Shown here in pieces: positions 48,484 through 58,590 of a DNA stretch of 64,000 nucleotides. Position numbers and translations under genes: made by a program. The stretch is taken from assembly GCA_016700095.1 (NCBI GenBank), contig CP065002.1, positions 1,124,145 through 1,188,144 on the forward strand, written 5' to 3'. Numbering within the stretch: the first letter of the stretch is position 1; each line of letters opens with the position of its first letter. The notes under the pieces are model-generated. The model saw nothing but the letters and a program-made list of their open reading frames with translations, was not told where the DNA came from and ran no database searches. Origin of the DNA: Candidatus Woesebacteria bacterium (lineage in GTDB: Bacteria; Patescibacteriota; Microgenomatia; UBA8517).

Positions 48484-48800
48484 CTTTAGAATTAATATTT
48501 GACTCCCTAAGTCGTTTAATTAAACCGATATGTTTATTCGATGCGTACCTTACAGCGAGAATTGATAAATTTCTAATTTATTATCTAACCGTTCCCCAAC
48601 TCCCATTTCTTGCTTATTATTTACCGGCGTACTTCAAAATTGCGTTTTATGGTGTTTTTCTGTTTATCTTATCTGGATTATTAAAAATAACTCACAGTGA
48701 AAGTGAGGCTTATTCTTTACTCTTCTATGTTTTATTTTTCGTATTATTCTTCTCCATCGTACTTATCTTTTTTGGGTTTTTCGTCCTGCTTTTTACTTAG
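48480..48800 (+). CDS. Hypothetical small membrane protein.
   Basis: Hydrophobic 106-aa ORF overlapping the cca stop by 4 nt. AT-rich, so it could be spurious. Confidence 0.4.
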   Translation: MTLELIFDSLSRLIKPICLFDAYLTARIDKFLIYYLTVPQLPFLAYYLPAYFKIAFYGVFLFILSGLLKITHSESEAYSLLFYVLFFVLFFSIVLIFFGFFVLLFT

Positions 48801-49345
48801 TATTTCTCACACATCTCCCATAATCCAAGAAGATTTTCCCGAGCCGTTTTTTGCGCATGCAGGAACTCGGTTTGGTGATAAACATCGGGTGGATAACTCG
48901 TTGCATACGCATAACCTTGATCAACGATGTGCAAGTTTACAAAAATATTTTCTACATAAACATATCTCAACAACCTTCCATACCTATCTGTATCTGATAT
49001 GTCTTTTTCTAATCTCACCTTTCGTCCTTCAACCAACTTTCTGTTGAATTCCTTTGCTTCTTTCCCGAAGCACTCGGTTTTACTTTGCGGATCATTCGTT
49101 TCCGGTGTATCTATACCTATATATCTTACCTTCTCTCCGGTTTCCAATTCTATTGTGTCTCCATCAATTACGCGGGTTACTAGAGCTTCTTGTGTTTGAG
49201 CATTCAATACATCTTGAGATACATTAATTTGGTCAATATCAGTAGTAAGAAGCATGTCGTCTTCAAATAATTCAGATGTATTTATTCCAAATACACTTGC
49301 AAGAATAAACAAAACGACAACAAATAATAATCTTCTTTTCACCAA
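48797..49345 (-). CDS. Secreted thermonuclease (staphylococcal nuclease/SNase-like).
   Basis: Signal peptide. VTRVIDGDTIELETGEKVRYIGIDTPET matches the SNase active-site region. Confidence 0.85.
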   Translation of the reverse strand: MVKRRLLFVVVLFILASVFGINTSELFEDDMLLTTDIDQINVSQDVLNAQTQEALVTRVIDGDTIELETGEKVRYIGIDTPETNDPQSKTECFGKEAKEFNRKLVEGRKVRLEKDISDTDRYGRLLRYVYVENIFVNLHIVDQGYAYATSYPPDVYHQTEFLHAQKTARENLLGLWEMCEKY

Positions 49346-49378
49346 TTAAACATAACAAGATGTTATGATTATTGCAAC

Positions 49379-49810
49379 ATGGATCACATAGCAATAATGA
49401 AACCACAATGGCACTTAATTCCCAAAATATTGGGTGGAGAGAAAACCGTCGAAAGCAGGTGGTACACAACACGACGAAACCCCTGGGACAAAGTAAATAT
49501 CGGTGATACGTTATATTTCAAGAATTCTTCAAGTCCAATCGAGGTTTTGGCCGAAGTAACCGATGTTGTGCAGTTTGTCGTAAAAACAAACGCACATGCG
49601 ATGCGGATAATGAAACAATATGCCAAAAAGGACTTGGGAATTAGCACAATACCAGACGAGGTGAAAATATATATAACAAATAAAAGATATGCAATATTTA
49701 TAAGCTTTTCAAACGTAAAAAAAGTTGAAGCGTTCAACATCGACAAAACAGGCTTTGGTGCTATGTCAGCGTGGATTTGTATAAAAGATATTAGAAAAAT
49801 TATTTCTTAG
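49379..49810 (+). CDS. ASCH domain protein.
   Basis: MKPQWHLIPKILGGEKTVESRW N-terminal ASCH pattern. Confidence 0.7.
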   Translation: MDHIAIMKPQWHLIPKILGGEKTVESRWYTTRRNPWDKVNIGDTLYFKNSSSPIEVLAEVTDVVQFVVKTNAHAMRIMKQYAKKDLGISTIPDEVKIYITNKRYAIFISFSNVKKVEAFNIDKTGFGAMSAWICIKDIRKIIS

Positions 49811-50684
49811 TTTTTTTGTATTTTTCGATTATGTTGTTAAATACTATAAGTAGTGGAACGGCAATAAATGGCGAAGAATATGTTCCCAATACTGTACCGA
49901 TCAAAAGTGCAACAGCAAACCACTTAATCGTAATTCCTCCGAGAAGCAATAACGATGAAAGCATAAAAATAATTGTCAGTGAATTGTTCAATGAACGCAC
50001 CATTGTTTCCGTCAATGCTATGTTGGCAATTTCTTCCAACTCTCCGCCGTTGTTTCTTTTCACTTCCCTTATTCTGTCAAAGACGACTATAGTGTCATGA
50101 ACCGAAAAAGAGAGAGTCGTTAAAAGCGCAGTTACAAAAAGAAAATCAACCTCGGCTCCAAAATATTTTCCTAGAACAGAAAAGGCGCCAATCAATATAA
50201 AGCTATCATGAAACATGGCAAGTATCGCGCTCAATCCAAACTTGATACTTTTGAATTGATACGCAACCCAAAGCAAAATAACAATTGCGGCAAACAAAGC
50301 TGCATAAGCCGTCTTTTTAATGAGTTCAGGTCCGATCGACGGCCCAACGGTTTCAAATCTTTGCTCACTTGATTCACCTTTAAAAATATTTTCTTTAAAT
50401 ATTTTATCAACTTTAATTTTTTGGTCTTGAGATATTGCTTTGAGTCGAAACAAATAAGTGTTATCACCTGTTTGTTGAATTGAATTAACCTCGACATCGT
50501 TTATGGCAAATTCGTTAATAGCATCTTCGCTTGATATTTCACCTTCATATTTATACTCAATTAATGTTCCACCCGTAAAATCTAAACCCAGTTTTAGTTT
50601 CCACGAAACAAGAGCAAATATACAAAACACGATTACACCCAAAGAAAGTGATAAATAAACGTATTTGTATTTTAGCCAATTCAT
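49800..50684 (-). CDS. secF: Protein-export membrane protein SecF.
   Basis: Six TM helices with SecF conservation, immediately downstream of secD. Confidence 0.9.
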   Translation of the reverse strand: MNWLKYKYVYLSLSLGVIVFCIFALVSWKLKLGLDFTGGTLIEYKYEGEISSEDAINEFAINDVEVNSIQQTGDNTYLFRLKAISQDQKIKVDKIFKENIFKGESSEQRFETVGPSIGPELIKKTAYAALFAAIVILLWVAYQFKSIKFGLSAILAMFHDSFILIGAFSVLGKYFGAEVDFLFVTALLTTLSFSVHDTIVVFDRIREVKRNNGGELEEIANIALTETMVRSLNNSLTIIFMLSSLLLLGGITIKWFAVALLIGTVLGTYSSPFIAVPLLIVFNNIIEKYKKTKK

Positions 50685-50685
50685 A

Positions 50686-51996
50686 TTATTTTTCTTTAAT
50701 AAATACTCTTAATAAATTGCGAGTAACAACTATTCCCGTGAATAAACTGATAGCAATACCAAGTGCCAGAGTAATTGCAAAACCTCTTACTGGTCCTGAG
50801 GTATGCAAAAACGACCAATCTAAAGGATTTGCCAAAATAAATGCGGTAACCAGTGTGGCTACATTCGCGTCACGGATTGAATCCCATGCTCTTCCAAAGG
50901 ATATTTCCATTGCATCAAGATAAGAATGATTATCTTTTTCTTCCTTGAAACGTTCAAAGATTAAAATATTACTATCGACAGCCATCCCAACCGACAATAA
51001 AAATCCGGCAATTCCGGGCAAAGTAAGTACAACAGGAATAAGTTTGTAAAGCGCTAGCGTGATTACACCAAAGACAATCAAACCAACATCGGCAATTAAC
51101 CCAAATTTTTTATACACTAAAACCATAAATACTAAAACCGCACCCAAACCGACCAAGCCTGCCATTACACTTTTTTCTACCGACTCTGCGCCTAAAGTTG
51201 CACCTACTGTGCGCTCTTCTACTAATTTAATTGGTACCGGAAGTGCTCCTGCATTCAGTTGTATGGTTAAATTCTTGGCACTTTCAAGTGTAAACTCTCC
51301 ATCAATTACGGCACTTCCATTGGTTATATGTGCGGACACAACCGGTGCAGAAACCACTTCATTATCAAGAATCATTGCAAGTCTTTTACCGACATTTCTT
51401 GCTGTTATGTCTGAAAACTTTTTGGCGCCATCTTCCGTGAACTCCAGCGCTACAACCGGTTTGGCGTCAACATTATCATTTGTAACATAAGAACTTTTTA
51501 GATCTGCTCCTGTCAAATCCGTTGGCACCAAACTCGGCTCATCACCTTCAACCACTTCAACGAATGAAAGTTGTGCAGTTTGCCCAATTAAATCAATAGC
51601 TTCGGTTGTGTTACTGACACCTGGTAATTCGACAATTATTCTATCTTTTCCTTCAAATGTTGAACTCTGTACGTTGGGTTCGGATATCCCAAAGAAATTT
51701 ACTCTACTTTCAATAACAGATTTCAAAGAAGTTAAAGCAGTAGATTTTTTATCCTCAGAGAGATTACTCGTATCCGCCTCAAACACGAGATGACTTCCAC
51801 CTGCCAAATCAAGCCCTAAAGCTAAGTCGAAGTTTTTTTGTAAGTTTATGTTATTTAAGGAGATATTTATATCATGTCTTGTGACAGTACGGTCAATCGG
51901 ACCGATATTTACACGCATCTCTCTTGGGAGACTGATATAGCACGCAATAAGTGATATTACAAAAATAATTATGACTTTTTTTAGTGGAGTAAACAT
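50686..51996 (-). CDS. secD: Protein-export membrane protein SecD.
   Basis: N-terminal TM helix, periplasmic domain, C-terminal six-TM bundle (GLDLAGG). Confidence 0.92.
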   Translation of the reverse strand: MFTPLKKVIIIFVISLIACYISLPREMRVNIGPIDRTVTRHDINISLNNINLQKNFDLALGLDLAGGSHLVFEADTSNLSEDKKSTALTSLKSVIESRVNFFGISEPNVQSSTFEGKDRIIVELPGVSNTTEAIDLIGQTAQLSFVEVVEGDEPSLVPTDLTGADLKSSYVTNDNVDAKPVVALEFTEDGAKKFSDITARNVGKRLAMILDNEVVSAPVVSAHITNGSAVIDGEFTLESAKNLTIQLNAGALPVPIKLVEERTVGATLGAESVEKSVMAGLVGLGAVLVFMVLVYKKFGLIADVGLIVFGVITLALYKLIPVVLTLPGIAGFLLSVGMAVDSNILIFERFKEEKDNHSYLDAMEISFGRAWDSIRDANVATLVTAFILANPLDWSFLHTSGPVRGFAITLALGIAISLFTGIVVTRNLLRVFIKEK

Positions 51997-51998
51997 GG

Positions 51999-52583
51999 TT
52001 AACCAATAAGATCTTCTTCATCTCCTATTATCATTACACGACTTTCCGCTAATATCCCAAGAAGAAATGGATCACGGCGCTTTTTTCTAAAAGTAAATTC
52101 GTCTCTGCTCATAACAGTATAGTTAATTTCAAATCCTCTCGTCGATTCTTCTTTGCGTATCAAGGCAGCAATTTCAGGTAAAACTACATTTCCAACCACA
52201 AGAATATCAACTTCATCTTCCCTTTTTCTTTTCTTACGTCGAACAAATTTTCCGGAGAACATTACAAAGGATAAATTTCCCACTTTGTTTTTATTTTCAA
52301 TAATGTCTTTGCCGATTCCCTTTGATTTGGCGACAATTGATAAAAGATCACCGAAGTAAGGATAGTCTTTTCTAACCCAATAATACAATCTGTTGCCACG
52401 ATTTTCATTTTTAATAAGGCCAATATCTTCCAATCTGTCAAGTTCACGTCGGACAGCATTTATCTCTTCACCCGTCTCTCGTGTTATCCCACGTACATGA
52501 TATATTTCCGTTACATCAGACAAAAAAAGCTCTATGAGTTTGACCCTAACCCGTGAAGTTATAATGTCGTTTAAATCAGCCAT
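51999..52583 (-). CDS. Winged-helix DNA-binding protein with an uncharacterised C-terminal domain.
   Basis: N-terminal wHTH-like region (VRVKLIELFLSD...TGEEINAVRRELDRLEDIGLI). C-terminal function unknown. Confidence 0.5.
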   Translation of the reverse strand: MADLNDIITSRVRVKLIELFLSDVTEIYHVRGITRETGEEINAVRRELDRLEDIGLIKNENRGNRLYYWVRKDYPYFGDLLSIVAKSKGIGKDIIENKNKVGNLSFVMFSGKFVRRKKRKREDEVDILVVGNVVLPEIAALIRKEESTRGFEINYTVMSRDEFTFRKKRRDPFLLGILAESRVMIIGDEEDLIG

Positions 52584-52621
52584 TTAATTGGGGCAGGCGT
52601 ACAAGAAATTCCGATAAACAT

Positions 52622-53860
52622 TTAATACTCAACGTCGTTTGTGCTCGGAATTCCTTCGATCCAAATTTCGCCTCGTACAAATGAAATTTCTTTGCCATCC
52701 TCGTTGTAAAATTTAGTTCTTCCTCGTGTTGATTCTTTCTCCCATGTAGCCTTTATTGCATCTCCATTTTGGAATACAATTGCCTCACCAGTCCCGACGG
52801 TTTTGTAAAACATATGTTTCTCTGTATCAACTGGACCTAACTCTTCCACGTACTGAATAACTACGTTTTTTGCCGTAACCTGCTCTCCGCTCGAGAGATC
52901 TTTCACTTCAATACCACCATTAATACGCTTATATGAATTGGATGCCTTGTCATACGTCCAACTAACTCCATATTGCTTATAATCAGCCCAAAATTCAAAA
53001 GAGATATCTGAGGCTTTGGGAGAAGCAAGCGGTGATTCGTCAACGAAAGACCAAGCTTCGTAGTTGTCAGACCATTCATTTCCTTCATCGTCCTTAAAGG
53101 AAAAACCTCTATCTTTGGCTTGGTCAAATATTGCATCTGTTGTGGAAACCATTGTATGTTCTGTGGCTATTGGTTTACCCAATCTCTCTGGATCTCTGAA
53201 AAGAACAGGGAATCCTGTGTCATAGGTGGTATCAAAATCATTTCCACGCGCCTTACGCCAATCAAGATCGACAAGCATCTCAATTGCTCTTACGCGTGGA
53301 TCAACTTGTCCTTTGTATTTCACTCCACCGGGACAATTCCCACATATGTTATTCGCTCCTCCTACATGAACAAATATCGGGTAATCTCCATATTCTGCTG
53401 CCCAATTGACGAAATGTACTCTAGCCGACCTGATCGGAGCTACTCGGACATCTTCGGCACTGGCACCACAGTAATAAATCGCCAGATGTCTGGTGACTCC
53501 ACCTTCCGCCACAGCTTCATAAACAATATCTGCTCTATGGAGACCTTCGACAGGACGCGAGTCTTCATGATTTTCTATAACTGCGGCGATTGGCCGTCTT
53601 GTTTCCCAAATACTCTTTTCAGCCTCTGTATACATTTTCCCGTTCACGGGGCATTCGGCTGTTTTGGGTTTACTTAAATCAATCTTCGACCTGGTGTCTC
53701 CGAGATCCCCGGAATTGTAAATAACTTCAGGATCACCGTTTAAGTATGAAAAAACCGCCCACGAACTCCCGGTGGACAAAAGATACAAGCCAAAAAAACT
53801 TATAAAAATCATGAAGGCCTTTGATGAAGTTAATTTAGAAAATTTTGATGTATGTTCCAT
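52622..53860 (-). CDS. DUF3048 (YerB-like) secreted/lipoprotein-type protein.
   Basis: RPIAAVIENHEDSRPVEGLHRADIVYEAVAEGGVTRHLAIYY...PIRSARVHFVNWA matches the DUF3048 N-domain pattern. Confidence 0.75.
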   Translation of the reverse strand: MEHTSKFSKLTSSKAFMIFISFFGLYLLSTGSSWAVFSYLNGDPEVIYNSGDLGDTRSKIDLSKPKTAECPVNGKMYTEAEKSIWETRRPIAAVIENHEDSRPVEGLHRADIVYEAVAEGGVTRHLAIYYCGASAEDVRVAPIRSARVHFVNWAAEYGDYPIFVHVGGANNICGNCPGGVKYKGQVDPRVRAIEMLVDLDWRKARGNDFDTTYDTGFPVLFRDPERLGKPIATEHTMVSTTDAIFDQAKDRGFSFKDDEGNEWSDNYEAWSFVDESPLASPKASDISFEFWADYKQYGVSWTYDKASNSYKRINGGIEVKDLSSGEQVTAKNVVIQYVEELGPVDTEKHMFYKTVGTGEAIVFQNGDAIKATWEKESTRGRTKFYNEDGKEISFVRGEIWIEGIPSTNDVEY

Positions 53861-53861
53861 G

Positions 53862-54329
53862 TTATTTATTAATTGCTAATTTTAACGCTTTTTTCTCTTC
53901 ATTTGAAAGACTGTATTGGGTTTTTCCTTTTTCTATGTCTTTCAAGTATACTCTTGTCCTCTCTCTCGTATGCAATCCAGTTAGTATTATGCCCGTATTT
54001 TCTTTATCAAGCAATGCCAAAGAAAAACTGTGATCTCCGCCAAGTTCTTTGAACGGATTGAACCTGACAACTCCCACCTTTTGTACAGCAAATAGTGATT
54101 GCTGAGTTAAGTTATTTAAATCGTGTGCAACTCTAGCTATTTTTTCGTCGTTATTTTTTTCTTTCTCGAAAATTTTATGCAATACCTTTGTAATGTCGGA
54201 AACATTTACTCCTTTTGACAAAAAACTAATAGACGCATAAGTCTTATACAAAAAATAACTGGCTACGAATAGCCATATCGTCAACAACGAGAAATATACT
54301 AATGTAAAGAGAACAATATTTTGATCCAA
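53862..54329 (-). CDS. DUF4446 family protein.
   Basis: N-terminal TM helix. VGVVRFNPFKELGGDHSFSLALLDKENTGIILTGLHTRERTRVYLK matches the DUF4446 core. Confidence 0.75.
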   Translation of the reverse strand: MDQNIVLFTLVYFSLLTIWLFVASYFLYKTYASISFLSKGVNVSDITKVLHKIFEKEKNNDEKIARVAHDLNNLTQQSLFAVQKVGVVRFNPFKELGGDHSFSLALLDKENTGIILTGLHTRERTRVYLKDIEKGKTQYSLSNEEKKALKLAINK

Positions 54330-54468
54330 CTTATATTTATATGATTAGTAATTTATTCTGTCGAAAATAAATCCCCTGCAATCAGTTAAATCCATCAAGG
54401 GTGAGCAAATAATTACCTCAAACATTTTTACATCTTGAAGAATTAGTGTCAAGGAGATATAAATCGAA

Positions 54469-54756
54469 TTGCAAATGACTCATCGCAGGACAAGAAAACA
54501 AAAGAGTTTGGCCAAACATCAATTTACTGTAAGTTGGACCGGAAACGATAGTTCCGACAAGAGCAGTGGAGCTGTCAAGGGGGAAAAGAAAATAAATACC
54601 ACGCACACCTCAAGCCTAATTAAAACTAATAAAAATGCCGTCTCTTTGGCAAAAGCCAAGAAACTTGGTTTAATCAAGAAAGATATAATTAAGACATTAT
54701 TTGTAGCTAGCCTCATTTTGAGTTTGGAGCTAGTGATATACTTGGTTTTGCGATAA
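54469..54756 (+). CDS. Hypothetical small basic protein with a C-terminal TM helix.
   Basis: ORF with an AAGGAG 12 nt upstream of a TTG start. Uncertain. Confidence 0.3.
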   Translation: MQMTHRRTRKQKSLAKHQFTVSWTGNDSSDKSSGAVKGEKKINTTHTSSLIKTNKNAVSLAKAKKLGLIKKDIIKTLFVASLILSLELVIYLVLR

Positions 54757-54804
54757 AGCAGACCGAGTTTAATTATTTTAAACTCTGAGGGGAGGTGATT
54801 AATT

Positions 54805-54954
54805 GTGGACGGAAATAAAAAAATGTATTGTGTGAAATGCCGCGAGAAACGTGAAGGTAAGGATTTAGAACCTTACACCATGAAAAACGGTAAAAAAGCT
54901 ACAAAAGCAACTTGTGAAGTTTGTGGCACAAAAATGTTTAAGATCGGCGGCTAA
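54805..54954 (+). CDS. Small zinc-ribbon protein (DUF5679-like), 49 aa, not in the ORF track.
   Basis: GGGGAGGTGA SD 6 nt before a GTG. MYCVKCREKRE...CEVCGTKMFKIGG has two CxxC pairs. Followed by hairpins at 54970..54990. Confidence 0.7.
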   Translation: MDGNKKMYCVKCREKREGKDLEPYTMKNGKKATKATCEVCGTKMFKIGG

Positions 54955-55023
54955 CTGTCGGTCTTTTTTCTTGGGTTTTTACCCAAAAAGCGAAAGGGAA
55001 TTTCCGTTTATACGGGTTCCCTT

Positions 55024-55644
55024 TTGTTATTTAAACGCATGAATTACGAACAAGTATTTAAAATATTTAGAAGCAAGTATCAACATGTTCCGCTTGAAGT
55101 ATTTGTTGGCGATCCGTATAAGATTCTGGTTTCTACATTATTGTCCTCTCGCACCAAAGATGAAACGACGCTCAAAGCTGCAAATAGATTATTTCTTAAA
55201 GCAAACACTGTAACTAAGCTTAATCTACTAACAGAACATGAAATAGCCAGGTTGATTTATCCGGTGGGCTTTTACAAAACAAAAGCACGACATCTTAAAA
55301 TGCTATCTCAAATTCTTATCGACAAGTATAACGGTAGCATCCCGAAAACCAGAAACCACCTAATGACTTTACCTGGCGTTGGAAGAAAAACGGCAAACTT
55401 GGTTTTAAATCGAGCATTTAGCATTCCCGCAATAGCGGTTGACACGCATGTACATAAAATTGCCAATTTACTAGGCTGGGTAAAAACAACTACCCCCGAA
55501 AAGACGGAAATAGAATTACTTAAAATCCTTCCCCAACAATTCTGGAGCCAAACCAACAAATTGTTTGTTTCAATCGGGAGACAATTCACAACGAGAAAAA
55601 AATTAACACAATTCCTGGTAGAAAACAAACTACGCACCCCGTAA
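55024..55644 (+). CDS. nth: Endonuclease III-like HhH-GPD DNA glycosylase (no C-terminal Fe-S cysteine cluster).
   Basis: HhH-GPD motif LPGVGRKTANLVL with a catalytic Lys/Asp arrangement. Confidence 0.85.
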   Translation: MLFKRMNYEQVFKIFRSKYQHVPLEVFVGDPYKILVSTLLSSRTKDETTLKAANRLFLKANTVTKLNLLTEHEIARLIYPVGFYKTKARHLKMLSQILIDKYNGSIPKTRNHLMTLPGVGRKTANLVLNRAFSIPAIAVDTHVHKIANLLGWVKTTTPEKTEIELLKILPQQFWSQTNKLFVSIGRQFTTRKKLTQFLVENKLRTP

Positions 55645-55709
55645 GAGCAAATATCGACTATCGCTATCGAAACATTGAAAAGCCCGTGACACTGACGACA
55701 GTAAAAAAG

Positions 55710-56315
55710 TCATGTATACCTTAAGTATTTTGTAATTAACTTTTTTAATGCATTTTCGGATATCAAATCGATTGACAAATTTACGTCTTCGTTCCACTTC
55801 AGCCAAAAATCAACATCGGTTTTCTTTATATACTTTGCCAATCCGTTCTTGTTAACAAATTCTTGCAAACTTCTTTCTCCTACTTTTTCTATTTCGAAAA
55901 GGTATTTTTCGGACCTACCAAATTGTTTTGATAATTTAATTTCAAAATCCTTAGAGTAATAAATTTTATTTTTATGTTGAATTATTCTGGGCGCTATACC
56001 GGTTTCACACAAATTGGAAAGTATAAGAAATAATGAATAGATCTCGTTCACCCCGCCTCGAATCGGGCAAGATATTTCTTGTAACTTGAACGACTTCTTA
56101 TTTTCCCATTCTCCCACTTTCTGCATCAACTCCGCTTCACCATTTGTAATCCTTATTCTTGTTTCAACGTTTTTTATATCAGGATTCCAGAAAGAAATGG
56201 CAATTCTTTTTTTTATAGAGGGTGGTCCATATTGTTCTTTTAATTGCTTACTTAATTTAGTGTAGAGTTTCTTATCAATATGTCCCAATACTTCGTGTTC
56301 GATCACTATTTTCAT
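55710..56315 (-). CDS. CYTH-like (triphosphate tunnel metalloenzyme) domain protein, tentative.
   Basis: MKIVIEHEVLG N-terminus resembles the CYTH EIERKFL start. The ATG lies 2 nt after the upstream stop, suggesting translational coupling. Confidence 0.5.
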   Translation of the reverse strand: MKIVIEHEVLGHIDKKLYTKLSKQLKEQYGPPSIKKRIAISFWNPDIKNVETRIRITNGEAELMQKVGEWENKKSFKLQEISCPIRGGVNEIYSLFLILSNLCETGIAPRIIQHKNKIYYSKDFEIKLSKQFGRSEKYLFEIEKVGERSLQEFVNKNGLAKYIKKTDVDFWLKWNEDVNLSIDLISENALKKLITKYLRYT

Positions 56316-56317
56316 AA

Positions 56318-56956
56318 TTAGAAGGCGGTGATAGCTACAGCAAAGGAATTCTGTGCATATATACACCCCCACACATATTCTCCACCCGTTAGTAGTTTTT
56401 TGTGACCCAAACTATTCTCCCACATCGAAACAGTTTCTTGAGGACTTTCGCCTCCTGCTGCTAAAAATTCTGCTACGGTTGAATAATTACTAAAAATACT
56501 TTGCAGGTCGGGGCGTTTCTCGGTCATATTACTGAAACCCTCGTGTCCATCTAATTTCCCAAGTTCCAGTAGTTCATTCAAACGAATCGATGCAATCGTA
56601 CACAATTCATCCTTCTGGTTTAACGGATTTACGCCCATTTCTTGACGCCTCTTATTGACAGCATCCCAAAGATCAGGACCCCCCCAGTTTGAATTTCTAA
56701 TATAAGTGATTTCTTTTGTTTCTTCTTTGAAATTATTCGTAATTTCAACCGGTGTTGGAGTAACTTCAATATTCGTAAAGGCGTTAAGAATAGAAGAAAC
56801 CTGTTGAGCATAAAAGTTATCAGACTTCTCTTGTCCATAATTTATTCCCTGGTAAAACCCCAAGGTATAGGTGGCACCGATTAAAGCAATAGCAAGAACC
56901 AGAGTAAAAACTCCGGAAAATACTTTCAGCACATTTTGAAATACAATTTTATTCAT
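56318..56956 (-). CDS. CAP/SCP/PR1-like domain secreted protein (YkwD-like).
   Basis: N-terminal TM/signal sequence. GHKKLLTGGEYVWGCIYA is a CAP signature. Confidence 0.8.
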   Translation of the reverse strand: MNKIVFQNVLKVFSGVFTLVLAIALIGATYTLGFYQGINYGQEKSDNFYAQQVSSILNAFTNIEVTPTPVEITNNFKEETKEITYIRNSNWGGPDLWDAVNKRRQEMGVNPLNQKDELCTIASIRLNELLELGKLDGHEGFSNMTEKRPDLQSIFSNYSTVAEFLAAGGESPQETVSMWENSLGHKKLLTGGEYVWGCIYAQNSFAVAITAF

Positions 56957-57396
56957 TGTTTGGTATCAATTATTATCGTAACTGGACCGTCAAGTGTTGT
57001 GTTAATTTGCATATATTCACCAAACTTGCCAGTCTTGACGTTTATACCATATCCAACTAGTTTGTCAACAAAATACCGATATATTTTTTCGGCATGTGAT
57101 GAATCGGCTGCATCAACAAACGACGGTCGATTACCCTTTTTAGTATTGGCAAAAAGCGTAAATTGAGAAACTACCAAAACCGACTCGTTCGCATCTATTA
57201 AAGACAGATTCATTTTACCCTCACTATCTGAAATTATTCTTAACTTCACAATCTTTTCCGCAAGGATATTAGCATCAATCACTGTGTCGTTTTGAGTAAT
57301 ACCCACAAGTATAAAAAACCCTTTATTAATTTCACCAACAACTTCATCGTCGACACTAACCGATGCTTCAAGTACTCTTTGTACGACAATTTTCAT
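56953..57396 (-). CDS. dtd: D-aminoacyl-tRNA deacylase.
   Basis: MKIVVQRV..., SQFTL motif (VVSQFTLFANTKKGNRPSF), 147 aa. Confidence 0.92.
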   Translation of the reverse strand: MKIVVQRVLEASVSVDDEVVGEINKGFFILVGITQNDTVIDANILAEKIVKLRIISDSEGKMNLSLIDANESVLVVSQFTLFANTKKGNRPSFVDAADSSHAEKIYRYFVDKLVGYGINVKTGKFGEYMQINTTLDGPVTIIIDTKQ

Positions 57397-57414
57397 TGAT
57401 AATTATTATAGAAA

Positions 57415-57660
57415 TTACAAACTAAAAACGCTAAAACCTATTTGCTTAAACAGTAATGCATATATATATCCCCAAGAAAGCGCGGTCAATGCCCACAATC
57501 CGATAAGTATCAACCAATCAAAGCGTTTCTTGCCTTGAATGCGTATCTTATATTCTCGATAGACGATACTCATCGCAGCAGCAGTCGAAGCCAGATAACC
57601 CGACAAAAGTGTGACTCTGACTAAGTTCGAAAACAATGACACCAGTGTGTTTAACGTCAT
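57415..57660 (-). CDS. Small two-TM membrane protein.
   Basis: 81-aa hydrophobic ORF immediately upstream of dtd. Confidence 0.45.
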   Translation of the reverse strand: MTLNTLVSLFSNLVRVTLLSGYLASTAAAMSIVYREYKIRIQGKKRFDWLILIGLWALTALSWGYIYALLFKQIGFSVFSL

Positions 57661-57828
57661 AACCCTATTTGTATCAAAATATGTACCTTAGGTGAAGACG
57701 TGTTATTAATACCTCATCGCAAAGGATCTTAGTATTTGATAATCAGTTTCTCAATTTGTGAAGGTGATATATAAAGCCGTGCACCTATGCCTAACGCTTT
57801 GGCAACGTCGACGTTTTTTTGATCATCA

Positions 57829-58590
57829 TCAAAATACGCAATCTCGTGCATACTTTTGATCGAAGATATCTATTAATTCCGATTCTTTGCCGATTATATT
57901 AATACCAATATTTTTTACTTCATCTTTATTACCAAAAAATAAATTTTTCAACTCTGAATCATTTCTCTTTTTAAATCGGGAAACAACTTCATCTTTTGTC
58001 AACTTCAATTTGCAGTAAAAAATGAATGCGACGTTATACGATTTTGTTCTAAACGCTCCGATTAATTCTATCTTCTCAATATCGCTTTCCACCACACCCG
58101 TTTCTTCGAGCACTTCATTTTGAGCTGATTTGAACAAATCAACATCTTTTCTATGTTGCGGTTTGTTAAATACTCCACCGATATAACTATACTTTCTACT
58201 TGCTGCAAAAAAATCTGATTTTTCACCAAATACAAACATGGCATTACTTGTCTCGATAAAAATTGAAGAATAAGTCGCCATGGGCAAGTATTCATCTCCC
58301 TTTCTTATTAATTCATCGGTAAAATCTCCAATCGAAGATCTGATACTAAACGGAACTGTCGAAAATTCTAGTTTACATTTATTGTCGTGAATGACATACC
58401 CATCCAATCTACAAACTGGCTGATCCCACATTTTTTTACCGTTTTTCAGCGCCTCTTCAAGTTTCAATTGCCAGATCTGCTGTGCTTTATTTTCAATATT
58501 TTTATCTATCTTTCGCGACGATACACTGCTATACGTACAAGAAACACTGTCTTTTGGAAACACTCCTTGAAATAAAATCTTACCGTCCAT
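57829..58590 (-). CDS. Nudix-domain protein with an N-terminal extension. The C-terminus is probably truncated by a frameshift (see findings).
   Basis: AQNEVLEETGV Nudix-box core. The ORF ends in TGATGATGA, and the +1 frame continues with a HAD-motif-like peptide. Confidence 0.6.
   Translation of the reverse strand: MDGKILFQGVFPKDSVSCTYSSVSSRKIDKNIENKAQQIWQLKLEEALKNGKKMWDQPVCRLDGYVIHDNKCKLEFSTVPFSIRSSIGDFTDELIRKGDEYLPMATYSSIFIETSNAMFVFGEKSDFFAASRKYSYIGGVFNKPQHRKDVDLFKSAQNEVLEETGVVESDIEKIELIGAFRTKSYNVAFIFYCKLKLTKDEVVSRFKKRNDSELKNLFFGNKDEVKNIGINIIGKESELIDIFDQKYARDCVF

Noticed and set aside
57728-57851. 40-aa +1-frame ORF (MHEIAYFDDDQKNVDVAKALGIGARLYISPSQIEKLIIKY) as an independent gene.
   Set aside because: It has no SD and overlaps the end of the Nudix-domain gene. 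It is better interpreted as the displaced C-terminal tail of that gene after a frameshift.
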